From assembly GCA_963799625.1 (NCBI GenBank), contig CAWCXU010000001.1, positions 57,979-121,978 of the forward strand: 64,000 bases of DNA, given 5' to 3'. This document shows positions 38,563 to 51,324 of the stretch, piece by piece. Origin of the DNA: an uncultured Actinomycetes bacterium. GTDB taxonomy: Bacteria > Actinomycetota > UBA4738 > HRBIN12. The position numbers were made by a program, and so were the translations under genes. Positions within the stretch are counted from its first letter, which is position 1. Every line of letters begins with the position of its first letter. The notes below the pieces were generated by a model. It had not been told where the DNA came from. It worked only from the letters and a program-made list of their open reading frames with translations, and made no database searches.

Positions 38563-39739
38563 GTGATCGACCCGCGCATCGACGCCGAGGCGCTCCGGAC
38601 CGAGCGACTCGCGCGCCTGCAGGCGGCGATGGCCGCACACGGCCTCGAGGCGTGCCTGCTGTTCAGTGAGCCGAACGTCCGGTACGCGACCGGCGCGATC
38701 ACGATGCCGGTCTGGTCGATGAGCACGTTCACAAGGTGCGCGGTCGTGCCCGCTGAGGGCGCGCCGATCTTGTTCGAGCACCCGAACTCGATGCATCGCG
38801 TCGACGGCGTCGATGTTCGCCCGATGCACGCCTGGGAGTTCTACGACGACGCGGTCACGCACGCGGACCGGTTCGCGGCCGAGGCGGTCGCGGCTCTGCG
38901 GGAGCTCGGCGTCGACGGGGGTCGAGTCGCGCTCGACCGGCTGGGCACACCGGGGTTCCTGGCGCTGCAGCAGGCCGGTCTCACGTTGGTGGATTCCTCA
39001 CCCGCCACCCAGGAAGCGCGCGAGGTGAAGACGCAGCAGGAGATCGCGCTGTTCCGGCTGAACGGCCCGATCGTGGTCGAGGCGCTCGGGGAGTTCGAGG
39101 CCGCGCTGCGGCCGGGCATCACCGAGCGCGAGCTGTTCGCCGTGCTCGCGGGCGGGATGCTTCGGCGCGGCGCCGAGTACCTGGCGACGAACACCATCTG
39201 CTCGGGGCCGAACACGAACCCGTGGCGCGCCGAAGCCACCGCCCGGGCGATCGAGGCCGGGGATCTCGTCTACCTCGACACCGACACGGTCGGGATCGGC
39301 GGTTGCTTCTTCTGCGTCTCGCGGACGTTCGTGTGCGGTGACGAGCCGCCGACGCCCGCGCAACGCGCGACCTACGAGGCCGCGCTCGAGTGGGTGACAG
39401 GGATGACCGCGTCTGGTCAGGCCCGGCGCGACGTGCGCCGAGCTCGCCGACGCGGCGCCGATCGTCCCCGAGCGGTACCGCGCGCAGCGGTACGAGTGCA
39501 TGGTGCACAGCGTCGGCCTCGAGGAGGAGAGCCCGAGCGTGTGCCACCCGCAGGACGTACAGAGCAACCCCGATCGCGTGATCCAGGCCGGGATGGTGCT
39601 CGTCGTCGAGACCTACATGGGGGCGGTCGGCGACGACCACGGGGTGAAGCTCGGCGACGTCGTGCTCGTCACGGAAGACGGCGCCGAGGTGCTCGCGCCC
39701 TATCCCTACGCGCGGAGCTTCGCGCCGGCCGGGTCGTAA
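38563..39739 (+). CDS. M24 pita-bread enzyme, DddP/creatinase-like subgroup, apparent frameshift near 39412
   Basis: RLARLQAAM...LLFSEPNVRYATG, SGPNTNPW, DTDTVG, (shift) LVRPGAT...QRYECMVHSVGLEEE, VVETYMG, GVKLGDVVLV. Confidence 0.75.
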
Positions 39740-42123
39740 GGCACCTCGGGCAGCGCGCGCGCCGCGCGCGCGATCCCGACGACATAGACGGTGAGGTCGG
39801 CACCGGCATCGAGGACGTCGGCGTCGACGTATGCGAGCGCGAGGCTCATGCCCACGTGGTGGCCGTACGCGCCCGACGTGACCAGCCCGACCAGCCGATC
39901 GCCGACCCAGATGCCGTCGTCCTGTGCCGCGTCTGCGTCACCGGCGTCGACCGCCAGGAGCGCCAGTCGGCGGGGCGGCCCGGTGTCACGGTCGCGCAGC
40001 GCGGCCTCGCGCCCGACGAAGTCACCTTTGTCATACGCGACGAACCTCGCGAGCCCCGCCGCGCCCGGTGTGTTCTCCTGCCGGAACTCGGCCGACCAGA
40101 TCCCGTAGCCCTTCTCCAGGCGCAGGCTGTCGACCGCGCGGTCGCCGATCGGGCGCAGACCCGCGCTCGCCCCGGCGTCCTGCAGCTCCGCCCACAGGGC
40201 ACGATGGCGGTCGCGCCGCACGACGATCTCGTACCCGAGCTCGCCGGTCAGTGAGATCCGTCCGACCACGGCCTGCGCGCTTCCGACCTCCATCACCCGA
40301 ACGCCGAGGAACGGGAACGCTTCGGTCGCGAGGTCCTCCCGCGTGAGCTTCGCGACGATCTCGCGCGCCGCCGGCCCCGACACCGAGAACCCCATGTGGT
40401 CGTCGGTGATGTTGTGGACCGTGACGTCGCTCGGCGGCAGGTGCTGGTGGAACCAACGCATGTGCCACGGCTGCAGGTAGTAGGAGCCCGTCAGCCAGAA
40501 GCGTTCATCGTCGAGCCGCGCGACCGTGAGGTCGCCCATCAGACGCCCGGCCGGGTTCAGCATCGGCGTGAGCCTGATCCGGCCGACCGACGGTATGTGG
40601 CCGGCCACCAGGTGATCGAGCCACGCCTCGGCGCCGCGCCCGCTGACTTCGTACCGCGCGTACTGGGCGATCTCGTAGGCGCCCGCGGCCTCGCGCGCCG
40701 CGGCGACCTCCTCGGCGACGATCGGCTCCGCGTTGGAGCGATCGAGCGTGTCGTGTTCCTCGAAGTCGGCGCTCGGGGCGAAGTACAACGGCACCTCGAG
40801 CCCGAAGTTCACGGTGAACCGTGCGTTCGCCGCGAGGAAGTCCTCGTAGCACGGCGTGGTCTTCAACGGCCGGCCCGCCGGCAGCTCCTCGTTCGGGAAC
40901 GCCATCACGAACCGGCGCGCGTAGAACTGCGCGGTGGTCGCGCGCAGGTACGTGTCCTCGGCCGCGTACTCGCCGAACCGTGCGACGTCCATCCCGAACG
41001 CGTCGACGCCCGGGTCGCCGTCGACGATCCAGTTCGCGAGGGCGAGCCCGATGCCGGCGCCCTGCGAGAACCCGGCCATCACGCCGCACGCTGCCCAGTA
41101 CCCGGGCACGCCGTCGACGGGACCGACCAGCGGGTTGCCGTCGGGCGTGAACGTGAACGCCCCGTTCACCCATCGCTTGATCCCGGTCTCCTGCAGGACC
41201 GGGAACCGCCGGAACCCGATCGTGAGCTCCGGCATGATCCGATCGAGCTCCTCGGGGAACAACGTCCGGCCGAAGTCCCACGGCGCGCCGTCGGTCTCCC
41301 AATGGCGTGGGTTCTGTTCGTAGAGGCCGAGCAGCACCCCGTTGCCCTCACGCTGCAGGTAGGTGAACCCCTCGAGGTCGGTGACGGCCGGCATCAACCC
41401 GTCGATCGCTGCGACCGCTGGGACGTCGTCGGTCACGAGGTAGTGGTGGGGCATCGGCACGAGCGGATGGTCGATGCCGACCATGCGGCCGATCCGCCGC
41501 GCCCACAGACCGCCCGCGTTGACGACGTGGTCGCATTCCACCCGGCCCTGCTCGGTCTCGACCCGCCATGCGCCGGACGGCAGGCGTTCGAGCCCGAGCA
41601 TCCGGTTGTGCTCGACGATGGACGCGCCGCGCCTCCGAGCGGCGACCGCGTAGGCGCGCGTCGCCCCGTTCGGGTCGAGGTTGCCTTCGTCGGGGTCGAA
41701 CAGCGCTCCGTAGATCCCGACGGGGTCGATGATCGGCACCATCTCTGCGGCTCGCTCGGCCGAGACGATGTACGCGTCGTCGTGACCCTGCGCGCGGAGC
41801 CATGCGAGCTCCTCCTGCAGCCACTCCCAACGTTCCTGGCTACCGGCGAGCTCGAGGCCGCCGGACATCTTGAGGCCGACGTCGACGCCGCTTTCTTCCT
41901 CGACCGTCGGGTACATCGAGATCGTGTAGAGCTGGAGCGCCGCGACCCGCGTGTCGGCATTGATCGCGTGGAAGCCACCGGCGGCGTGCCACGTGGAGCC
42001 CGCGGTGAGCTCTTCCCGCTCGAGCAGGAGCGTGTCGGTCTTGCCGCGGAGCGCAAGGTGATAGAGGACGGCGCAGCCCACGATCCCGCCGCCGACCACG
42101 ACGATCTCGTACCGATCCTTCAC
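39706..42123 (-). CDS. GcvT family FAD-dependent oxidoreductase (dimethylglycine/sarcosine dehydrogenase-like) #1
   Basis: VVVGGGIVG, ELTAGSTWHAAG, NGAFTFTPDGNPLVG, ISLTGELGYE, SLRLEKGY, VTSGAYG. Confidence 0.92.
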   Translation of the reverse strand: MKDRYEIVVVGGGIVGCAVLYHLALRGKTDTLLLEREELTAGSTWHAAGGFHAINADTRVAALQLYTISMYPTVEEESGVDVGLKMSGGLELAGSQERWEWLQEELAWLRAQGHDDAYIVSAERAAEMVPIIDPVGIYGALFDPDEGNLDPNGATRAYAVAARRRGASIVEHNRMLGLERLPSGAWRVETEQGRVECDHVVNAGGLWARRIGRMVGIDHPLVPMPHHYLVTDDVPAVAAIDGLMPAVTDLEGFTYLQREGNGVLLGLYEQNPRHWETDGAPWDFGRTLFPEELDRIMPELTIGFRRFPVLQETGIKRWVNGAFTFTPDGNPLVGPVDGVPGYWAACGVMAGFSQGAGIGLALANWIVDGDPGVDAFGMDVARFGEYAAEDTYLRATTAQFYARRFVMAFPNEELPAGRPLKTTPCYEDFLAANARFTVNFGLEVPLYFAPSADFEEHDTLDRSNAEPIVAEEVAAAREAAGAYEIAQYARYEVSGRGAEAWLDHLVAGHIPSVGRIRLTPMLNPAGRLMGDLTVARLDDERFWLTGSYYLQPWHMRWFHQHLPPSDVTVHNITDDHMGFSVSGPAAREIVAKLTREDLATEAFPFLGVRVMEVGSAQAVVGRISLTGELGYEIVVRRDRHRALWAELQDAGASAGLRPIGDRAVDSLRLEKGYGIWSAEFRQENTPGAAGLARFVAYDKGDFVGREAALRDRDTGPPRRLALLAVDAGDADAAQDDGIWVGDRLVGLVTSGAYGHHVGMSLALAYVDADVLDAGADLTVYVVGIARAARALPEVPYDPAGAKLRA

Positions 42124-42220
42124 GCGTGAACCGCCTTCGAGCAGGGAGAACGGGCGCGACGGAGTGTATGCGAGGCCCACACCACGCGAGGTGACCTCGG
42201 GTCGGTTTCCCCTTACCTCG

Positions 42221-43363
42221 CTAGGAGTTGCTTTCGAGATCGCCCGCGTGGTCTCGGCACGTCCCGGCTGCGCACCGGGCGATCTCCGCCACGTTGCCGG
42301 TCGTGTAGTAGCCGACCCAGGCGCGCCCCTGGAACGCCGCCACCGAGGATGGGTGGCTCCCCTGGATGGGAGATGGGCCCGCGAGTACGTTGGCGTTTCG
42401 CCCGTTCACCAGTGTGACGGTTGGGTGCCGGCCTGCCTGGGGGATGTAGGCCTCCCCATGCATCGGGGCCGAGAGCACCCAAAGATCGTGACCGTCTGCG
42501 GCCAAACGGATGAAGCCGGGGATGTCGACGGCACCGCACGACTCCAACGTGAATGCATCGAGACACCGAACACCATCGCTTCCCGTCATCCAGAGATGCG
42601 ACCCGACCCCGGCGATCCTGGCGCCGGGCGGAGCGCCCCGAACCCGAGTGGTCGCCAACGTTCTCGGGTCGACGCGGAGCAGCGTCGGGCCGTTGCCCCC
42701 GTTCGAGCCGACGAAGAGGTAGCCCCCCGCTCGAACGAGGACGTGAAGTCCTTGCCCGATCCTGTGCACTCGCCTCATGACCTTGCCCGTGTTGGGATCT
42801 ATCTCGGCGAGCACCTGGCTGCCGTTCGGTCCCGATGCGGCCACCCAGAGTGAGCTCGGATCGTCCGAGAGGACCGAATCGACATAGCCGAGCGAGGAGA
42901 GATCCATCGTCGTGATCACGGTGCCCGATCCCGCGTCCATGGCGAGAAGCTTCGTCCCCGAGGTGACATAGATCGTGCCCTCGCCGTGCTCGGCGAGGCG
43001 AGCGAAGTCGTAGTCCCACGAGCCGTGCGCGGTCACACGCGTGGCGCCGGTCCGAGGGTCGATCCGCGTGAGCGTCCCGGCCCCGGCGACCCAGGTGCCG
43101 AACCCGTCGGGCAGTACGACCCACCCATCCGCATCGGTGGTTCGCACGATCTGCAAACCACCGTGAGCGACGATCTCCGCCGGTGAGCTCGGCGACGGGG
43201 TGACGCTCGGAGTCGACGGCTCACTTGGGTGAGCCATGGACGGCTGTGGCGGCGGAGATGGAGCCCGAAGTGCTGTCAAGACCGATACCCAGAGCACGAT
43301 CGCCAACCCGGTGGCCAAAACCACCCAAGGCGACGCCGGGCGAAGGTTGGGCCATCGACGCAT
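42221..43363 (-). CDS. Secreted/anchored beta-propeller-like hypothetical protein
   Basis: N-term hydrophobic segment, Pro/Ser linker, repeated W-V-A/LxRIDPxT motifs. Confidence 0.6.
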   Translation of the reverse strand: MRRWPNLRPASPWVVLATGLAIVLWVSVLTALRAPSPPPQPSMAHPSEPSTPSVTPSPSSPAEIVAHGGLQIVRTTDADGWVVLPDGFGTWVAGAGTLTRIDPRTGATRVTAHGSWDYDFARLAEHGEGTIYVTSGTKLLAMDAGSGTVITTMDLSSLGYVDSVLSDDPSSLWVAASGPNGSQVLAEIDPNTGKVMRRVHRIGQGLHVLVRAGGYLFVGSNGGNGPTLLRVDPRTLATTRVRGAPPGARIAGVGSHLWMTGSDGVRCLDAFTLESCGAVDIPGFIRLAADGHDLWVLSAPMHGEAYIPQAGRHPTVTLVNGRNANVLAGPSPIQGSHPSSVAAFQGRAWVGYYTTGNVAEIARCAAGTCRDHAGDLESNS

Positions 43364-43529
43364 CGGTTCACGCACCGCCAGCGAGCGGTTGTTCTCGACT
43401 TCGAGAGGGAGTGGAGCTGTCCATCTACCATCACGACTCGAGCGGGAGGCGGGAAGTTTCGGCTGACCACGTCCTTGTCGCCGCTTGATGGTTTGACGGC
43501 CCCGGGGAGCCTGGGCAGGATGCTCCACC

Positions 43530-43799
43530 ATGGGTTGTCTGCTGATCCTCCTGACCGGCGCGGCGCCGAGGCTGGCCGCCGTCCTGTATTGGATCTGGCG
43601 GCCTGGGCTCTGGGACCGGGCGTTCAGCGGTTCGTGGATCTGGCCGGTGCTCGGCATCCTGTTCCTGCCGGTCACGACCATCGTCTGGGTGCTCGTTGCG
43701 ACGAACGGCGTCACGGGGTTCGACTTCCTCTGGCTCGGCCTCGCGATCGCCGTCGACGTCGGCGCGAACGGCCGCAACGCGGCCAAGCGCGGCTCCTGA
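43530..43799 (+). CDS. Small membrane protein upstream of clpB
   Basis: MGCLLILLTGAAPRLAAVLYWIW...WPVLGILFLPVTT; three hydrophobic segments. Confidence 0.65.
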   Translation: MGCLLILLTGAAPRLAAVLYWIWRPGLWDRAFSGSWIWPVLGILFLPVTTIVWVLVATNGVTGFDFLWLGLAIAVDVGANGRNAAKRGS

Positions 43800-43840
43800 C
43801 CCGGCTCGTCGGTGGCCCCGGGATCGATCATGATTGACCC

Positions 43841-46429
<2,589 letters not shown>

Positions 46430-46726
46430 TCAGGCGGTCGCCGAGTGGTCGGCGGCGTCGCCGATCTGGGCGACGAGGAGCGAGAGGTCGATCAGGGTCC
46501 GGCTCTGCGACACGCCGTCGACAACACTGTCGACGGTAACCGCCTCGATGTCGAGCGCGCGCCCGGTCGGGCGGATGCCGAGCCTCGGGACGCCTCGAAC
46601 ATTCCGGCCCGTGATCCGCCAGTAGGAGAGGATGGAGCCGTTCCGGGACTCCATCCTCTCGAGCCAGATCCTTGGTTCAGCCAGCGCGCGAAGGAGCTCG
46701 TCTCGGATGTCACGGCGCATGCGCAT
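46430..46726 (-). CDS. 98-aa hypothetical protein behind a terminator-containing leader
   Basis: AAGGAGG SD 5 nt before ATG 46726; stop abuts the clpB stop. Confidence 0.6.
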   Translation of the reverse strand: MRMRRDIRDELLRALAEPRIWLERMESRNGSILSYWRITGRNVRGVPRLGIRPTGRALDIEAVTVDSVVDGVSQSRTLIDLSLLVAQIGDAADHSATA

Positions 46727-46739
46727 GAACCCCTCCTTG

Positions 46740-46775
46740 AAAAGGAAAAGGTCGCGCCGCCGATGCGTCGCGACC
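46740..46775 (-). terminator. Intrinsic terminator directly upstream of the SD of the 98-aa gene
   Basis: GGTCGCG-A-CGC-ATCG-GCG-G-CGCGACC followed by TTTTCCTTTT. Confidence 0.7.
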
Positions 46776-46815
46776 TCCAGTTGGCTGGTCAGTGCTTGTC
46801 TTCGATTGTCGCCCG

Positions 46816-46845
46816 ATCGTACCCGTCGTGCCGGAGCCGGGTCAA
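46816..46845 (-). promoter_or_regulatory. Sigma-70-type promoter
   Basis: TTGACC-18 nt-TACGAT on the minus strand. Confidence 0.55.
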
Positions 46846-46890
46846 CGGTGCGAAGGACGTCGCGACAACTTCGTCACGTCGCGCGTGGCC

Positions 46891-49800
46891 TTATTCCGAG
46901 CCGAGGAACGCGCGGACCTTCGCGGCCGTCACGACGTCGCCCTTGCGCTCGTAGATCCCGAGTGCCTCCCGTCCCGTCTCGGCGGCCTCGGTCTCGGCGC
47001 CCGTATCCCGTAACGCGCTGGCGAGCGAGAACATGGCGGAGCCTCGGGTCAAGACCCAGTTCTCGTCGATGTCCTCCAGGAGCGAACGCAGGCTACGGAC
47101 GGCTTCGTCCGAGCGACCCCGCGCCCGAAGGACCTCTGCCCGACAGAAGGCCGAGCGGCTGATCCAGTCGCTCGATCGTTCGAGTCGCGTCACCGTGGTC
47201 GCAGCCTCATCGATCTTGCCCTGGGCGACCAGCGCGAACGTCAAGAGTCGGAGCTCCTCGTGGAGCCAGTTCCCCCCAGCGTTGATCCGCTCGAGACCCT
47301 CGATCCCTTCACGAGCGAGCGCTTCGGCGAGCGCGGGGTCGCCGCCGATCAGCTCGGCGCTCGAAGGGCCGATCGTGCCACTCGCTGCGAGCCACAGCGA
47401 AAGTCGGAGCTCCCGGAACGTCGCACGTGCCCGCTCGTACACCGCTCGCGACTCGTCCATGCGCCCGTCCATCGCCAGGAGCGAGGTCTCGGCATTGACG
47501 ATGATCGCCGCCTCCATCACCCGGTCGCCGTCCGTCCGACGTCGGTAGTCGGCGACGATCTCGAGGGCCTCGTGCACGGGCGTCGGTCCGCCATGCAACA
47601 GCCCACTGAGCATCTGGATGTTCTCGTACACGCCGCGGGTGTCTCCCGCGCGCTCACCGAACGAGAGCGCGCGCTCCGTGTAGGTCTTCTGCTCGTGCCA
47701 CGTGTTCGTCCAGAGGCCGAGGATGCTCCAGAGCCGTTGCTGCGCGAAGTCGTCTTCGTCCGCCTCGGCCTGGGGCATGAGCCGCTCCGCGAGCTCGAAC
47801 GACCGCCGGGCTGCGTCTACGCGGCCACCCCAGAGCTCCGATTCGAACCGGAAGAGCAACGCGTCGGCTACGACGCCGAGTTCTCCGCGCTCCATGCCGC
47901 GCTCGACGGCCTCGTCGAAGATCCGTTCACCGTCCTCGAGCCGGCCGATCTCGACGGTGGCGCTGGCGAGATTCGGCAGGAGCGCCAGCCGGTCCGGATC
48001 TTCGTCGGGAAGCAAACCGGCCGCGGCGCCGTACAGACTCGCGGCCGCGGGCATGTCGCCACGTGCGAAGGCGCGCGCGGCGCCTGCTGCTAGGCGCGCG
48101 GCGGCCCGGACACGCAACGCTGCCACCTGCCGGGGATCGCTCGCCGATGTCCGCGAGTGCGCTCGCTGCGCGTGCGAGGTGATCGCCGGCGAGTTCGTCG
48201 TACGCCGCCGAGGACCCGAGGCGGTCCGCCACCGCCTCGTGCAGTTCCGCCCGCCGGCCCTTCGGCAGCATCTCGTACGCGGCCTGAAGGATCAGCACGT
48301 GTCGGAAGCGGAAGACCTCGCCGTCGGGCGTTCGCTCGGGCCGCACGAGGTCTTTGCGTACGAGCTCCCGAAGGACGCCGTCGATGTGCGAGACGTCTTC
48401 GTGCAGCAGGTCGGCGACACCGGCCGGTTCGAACGTCCGGCCGATCACGGACGCGATGCCAAGCACGGCGCGCTGATCGGGCGGGAGACGGTCGAGCCGG
48501 GCGGCAAGCAAGGCGTGCACCGTGGTCGGCAACGCGACACCGCCGAGATCGCCGACCAACGTCCATGTGGTTCCGTCGCGGCGCAGCAGCCCCTCGTCGA
48601 TCATCATCGCGAGCAGCTGCTCGACGAACAGCGGGTTGCCCTCGGCCGCCGCCGCGATCCGCTGCTTCGCGTCGTCATCGAGCGTCGGATGGTTGATGAG
48701 GTTCTCGATCAGCCGGTCGACATCGGCTCGTGCGAGCGGTCGAAGCGACAGGGTCGTGGCACCCGGGCGCCCGCCCCAGCCCTCTCGTCGCTCATAGATG
48801 TCGGGACGTGCGGTGCACACGACGAGCAGGGGCGAGTCGCGCATCCAGTCGACCAAGCCGTCGAGCAGGTCCAGGAGCGTGGGCTCCGCCCAGTGCACGT
48901 CTTCGACCAACAGGACGGTCGTCGCGTTGCCGGCGAGCTCTTCCAGAAGTCGGCGGACGGACCAGAACGCCTCGCCCTCGGCAAGTTGCGTGTGCCCGAT
49001 GCCGAGGATGTCGGCGAGCCCATCGACGATGCGGTCGCGGTCGTTCGAGTCCGGCAGGAGCGCCAGGAGCGCTCGGCGAGCGGCCTCCGCGTCCGCGTCG
49101 TCGGCGATGCCGGCCTCCGCCCGCACCGCCTCTGCGATCGGCCAATAGGTGATGCCCTCACCGAAGGAGAGACACCGGCCGATCAGGACCCGTGCGTCCG
49201 GGCCGAGCCTCCGGACGAACTCGTCGGCGAGTCGGGTCTTGCCGATGCCCGCTTCGCCGGAGACCGTCACCAACCTGCAGGCGCGCTCGTCGACGCACCT
49301 GATCGAAGGCGCGGACCAGGTCCGAGAGTTCCGCGTCGCGGCCGACCAGCTCGGAATCCAGATGTCGGGCGACCCCCCGGACGCCGTGTTCGACGCGTGT
49401 GACCTTGAACGCGCCCTCGTCGATCGCAGACGTCTCCACCGCGTCGCGGACCAAGCCGAGCGTGGCGCCATCGATCACGATGCCCGACGAGCTCGCAGCG
49501 GCTGCGAGCCGCCGTGCCTCGCGGGCGACGTCCGGCGAGATCTCAGCTGTCGCGGCCGACACGATCTCGCCCGTCTGGATCCCGACGCCGAGGCGAACAT
49601 CGAAGCCGTCGACGCCCGGCGGCCGTGCCACGAGTTCGTCCGCAGCTGCCACCGCGCGGACCGCATCGTCCTCGTGCACCTGCGGGTGTCCGAACACCGC
49701 GACGACGTCCATGCCGTCGAGCGCCAGCACGGTCGCCCCCCGCGCGGCGAGCGTTGCACGCACGTTCTCGACGATCTTCGGGACGGTGGCCGGGATCGCC

Positions 49801-50694
49801 TCCGGGTCGGGTGAGGACCCGTCCGCACGGCTGATCGACACATCGACGGCCAGAACGCTCACGATCTTGCGCGTTGGTTCGCCGGCGACGGGTGGTTCGG
49901 GCGGCGGTTCGGATCGGGCTCCGGTGCTCGGGGCGAGGTCGATCGACGGGTCCGACGCGAGGATGGCGCTCGCAAGCTCGACCAAGCGCGGGCTCGGGTC
50001 GAGGCCGAACTCCTCGCTGAGGCGGGCGCGCCCTGCGTGGAACGCTTCGATCGCCTCGGCCTGCCGGCCGGTCCGATACAGGGCGAGCATCAGGTCCGCC
50101 CGTAGCCGTTCGCGGGCCGGATGTTCGTCCACGAGTGCGCGCAGCTCTGCGACCAGCTCGGCATGCCGGCCCGACGCGAGATCCGCAACGAGCCTGTCCT
50201 CGATCGTGATGAGGCGGAGCTCCTCGAGCCGCTCGATCTCGGCGCGGGCGAAATCGTCGTAGGCGAAGTCCGCCAACGCCGGTCCGCGCCAGACCGCGAG
50301 CGCCTCTCGGAACAGGACGGCCGCCCGTGCCGGATCCTGCTCGCCGAGCGCGGCTTGGCCCCGCTCGCGAAGGACGTCGAACCTGTAGAGGTCGATCGCG
50401 GACGGCGGGACGTCCAGCGCGTACCCCGGATCATGGCGGGCCACGACGACCGTTGCCGTCCTCGCCCATTCCGCCGAGGGCCTTGCGGAGCTCGGACACG
50501 TACACCTGGACGCTGTGCTCGGCGGTCTTCGGCGGGTCGTCGCCCCAGAGCGCGTCGATCAGCTCGTCGACGGAGACGACCTGCTGCCTGCGGAGGATGA
50601 GCATGGCAAGGAGCGCCCGACGCTTGCGCCCGCCGAGCGGGATGCGTCGGTCACCGTCGACCACCTCGAGTGGTCCGAGGATCCTGAATTCCAT
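46891..50694 (-). CDS. SARP/AfsR-type regulator: wHTH-BTAD-degenerate cyclase-STAND ATPase-TPR, split by three apparent frameshifts (about 50460, 49300, 48145)
   Basis: MEFRILGPLEV...LIDALWGDDPP (wHTH); IDLYRF...ALAVWRGPALAD (BTAD); VHEDDAVRAV...GIQTGE (cyclase-like); VSGEAGIGKTRL, LLVEDVHWAE (STAND); TPR-like tail. Confidence 0.82.
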
Positions 50695-50751
50695 CCGTGC
50701 TCCCCCAGAACAGGTTCGACGCTAGCACGGTGGCCAGGGCTGCCCGTAGGC

Positions 50752-50797
50752 CGATCCCTTGAGCGTTCTTTGAGCGATCCGGAGGGTGGGTTGAGGG
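50752..50797 (+). promoter_or_regulatory. Candidate SARP-binding direct repeats
   Basis: TTGAGCG at 50759 and 50770 (11-bp period), TTGAGGG at 50791, in the divergent intergenic region. Confidence 0.4.
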
Positions 50798-50857
50798 CCG
50801 AGGAGCACCTTCTCGCTGTGAGGCGCACGAGGCGCCTCCGGACGGAAGGAGTCGGAG

Positions 50858-51214
50858 ATGGACACCAGGGAGATCACACAGGCGCGACCGAGCGGTACGA
50901 AGACGCCTCGGCGCAGGCCGATCGCGGCGGTCGTCATCGGCCTCGCGCTCGTCATCGTGGTGGCCGTCATCGGCGCGCTCGCCATCGGCTCCGGGGTCTC
51001 AGACGGGGGCCGGCAGACGACACCCGCGCAGGTGGCCCAGGTCGCGCCCGGTCACACCCAGCCGGCCACACTGATCCACCGGATCGCGATGCAGTCGGTG
51101 AACCCGACGCCCGCGCAGGTGGTCCAGGTCGCGCCGGGTCACACCCAGCCGGCCACACGGATCCACCGGATCGCGATGCAGGCACTAGACGCGACGTCCG
51201 GGCGCAGGGGTTGA
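50858..51214 (+). CDS. Single-TM protein with an internal tandem repeat
   Basis: AAGGAG SD; basic N-term, TM, then two copies of TPAQV(A/V)QVAPGHTQPAT(L/R)IHRIAMQ. Confidence 0.65.
   Translation: MDTREITQARPSGTKTPRRRPIAAVVIGLALVIVVAVIGALAIGSGVSDGGRQTTPAQVAQVAPGHTQPATLIHRIAMQSVNPTPAQVVQVAPGHTQPATRIHRIAMQALDATSGRRG
51020..51181 (+). repeat. 75-bp near-identical direct repeat x2, period 87 bp (29 codons)
   Basis: Copies at 51020-51094 and 51107-51181. Confidence 0.9.
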
Positions 51215-51324
51215 CCCCCTGCGTCCGCGTTGCGCACGCGATCGGGAGTGATGAGTGAACCCCTTCCAGGGCTGAGCCGTAGAACACCGTCAAACGTTCA
51301 CTCGGACACGAGGGGGAGAGACAC

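Noticed and set aside
46445-46954. 169-aa plus-strand ORF after clpB
   Set aside because: The minus-strand 98-aa ORF has the SD, promoter and terminator context; this one is its shadow.
51253-51303. GAGTGAAC...GTTCACTC inverted repeat upstream of the VOC gene, possible riboswitch
   Set aside because: Only an 8-bp stem with a 35-nt spacer; no TPP, SAM, cobalamin, fluoride or ZTP core recognised.
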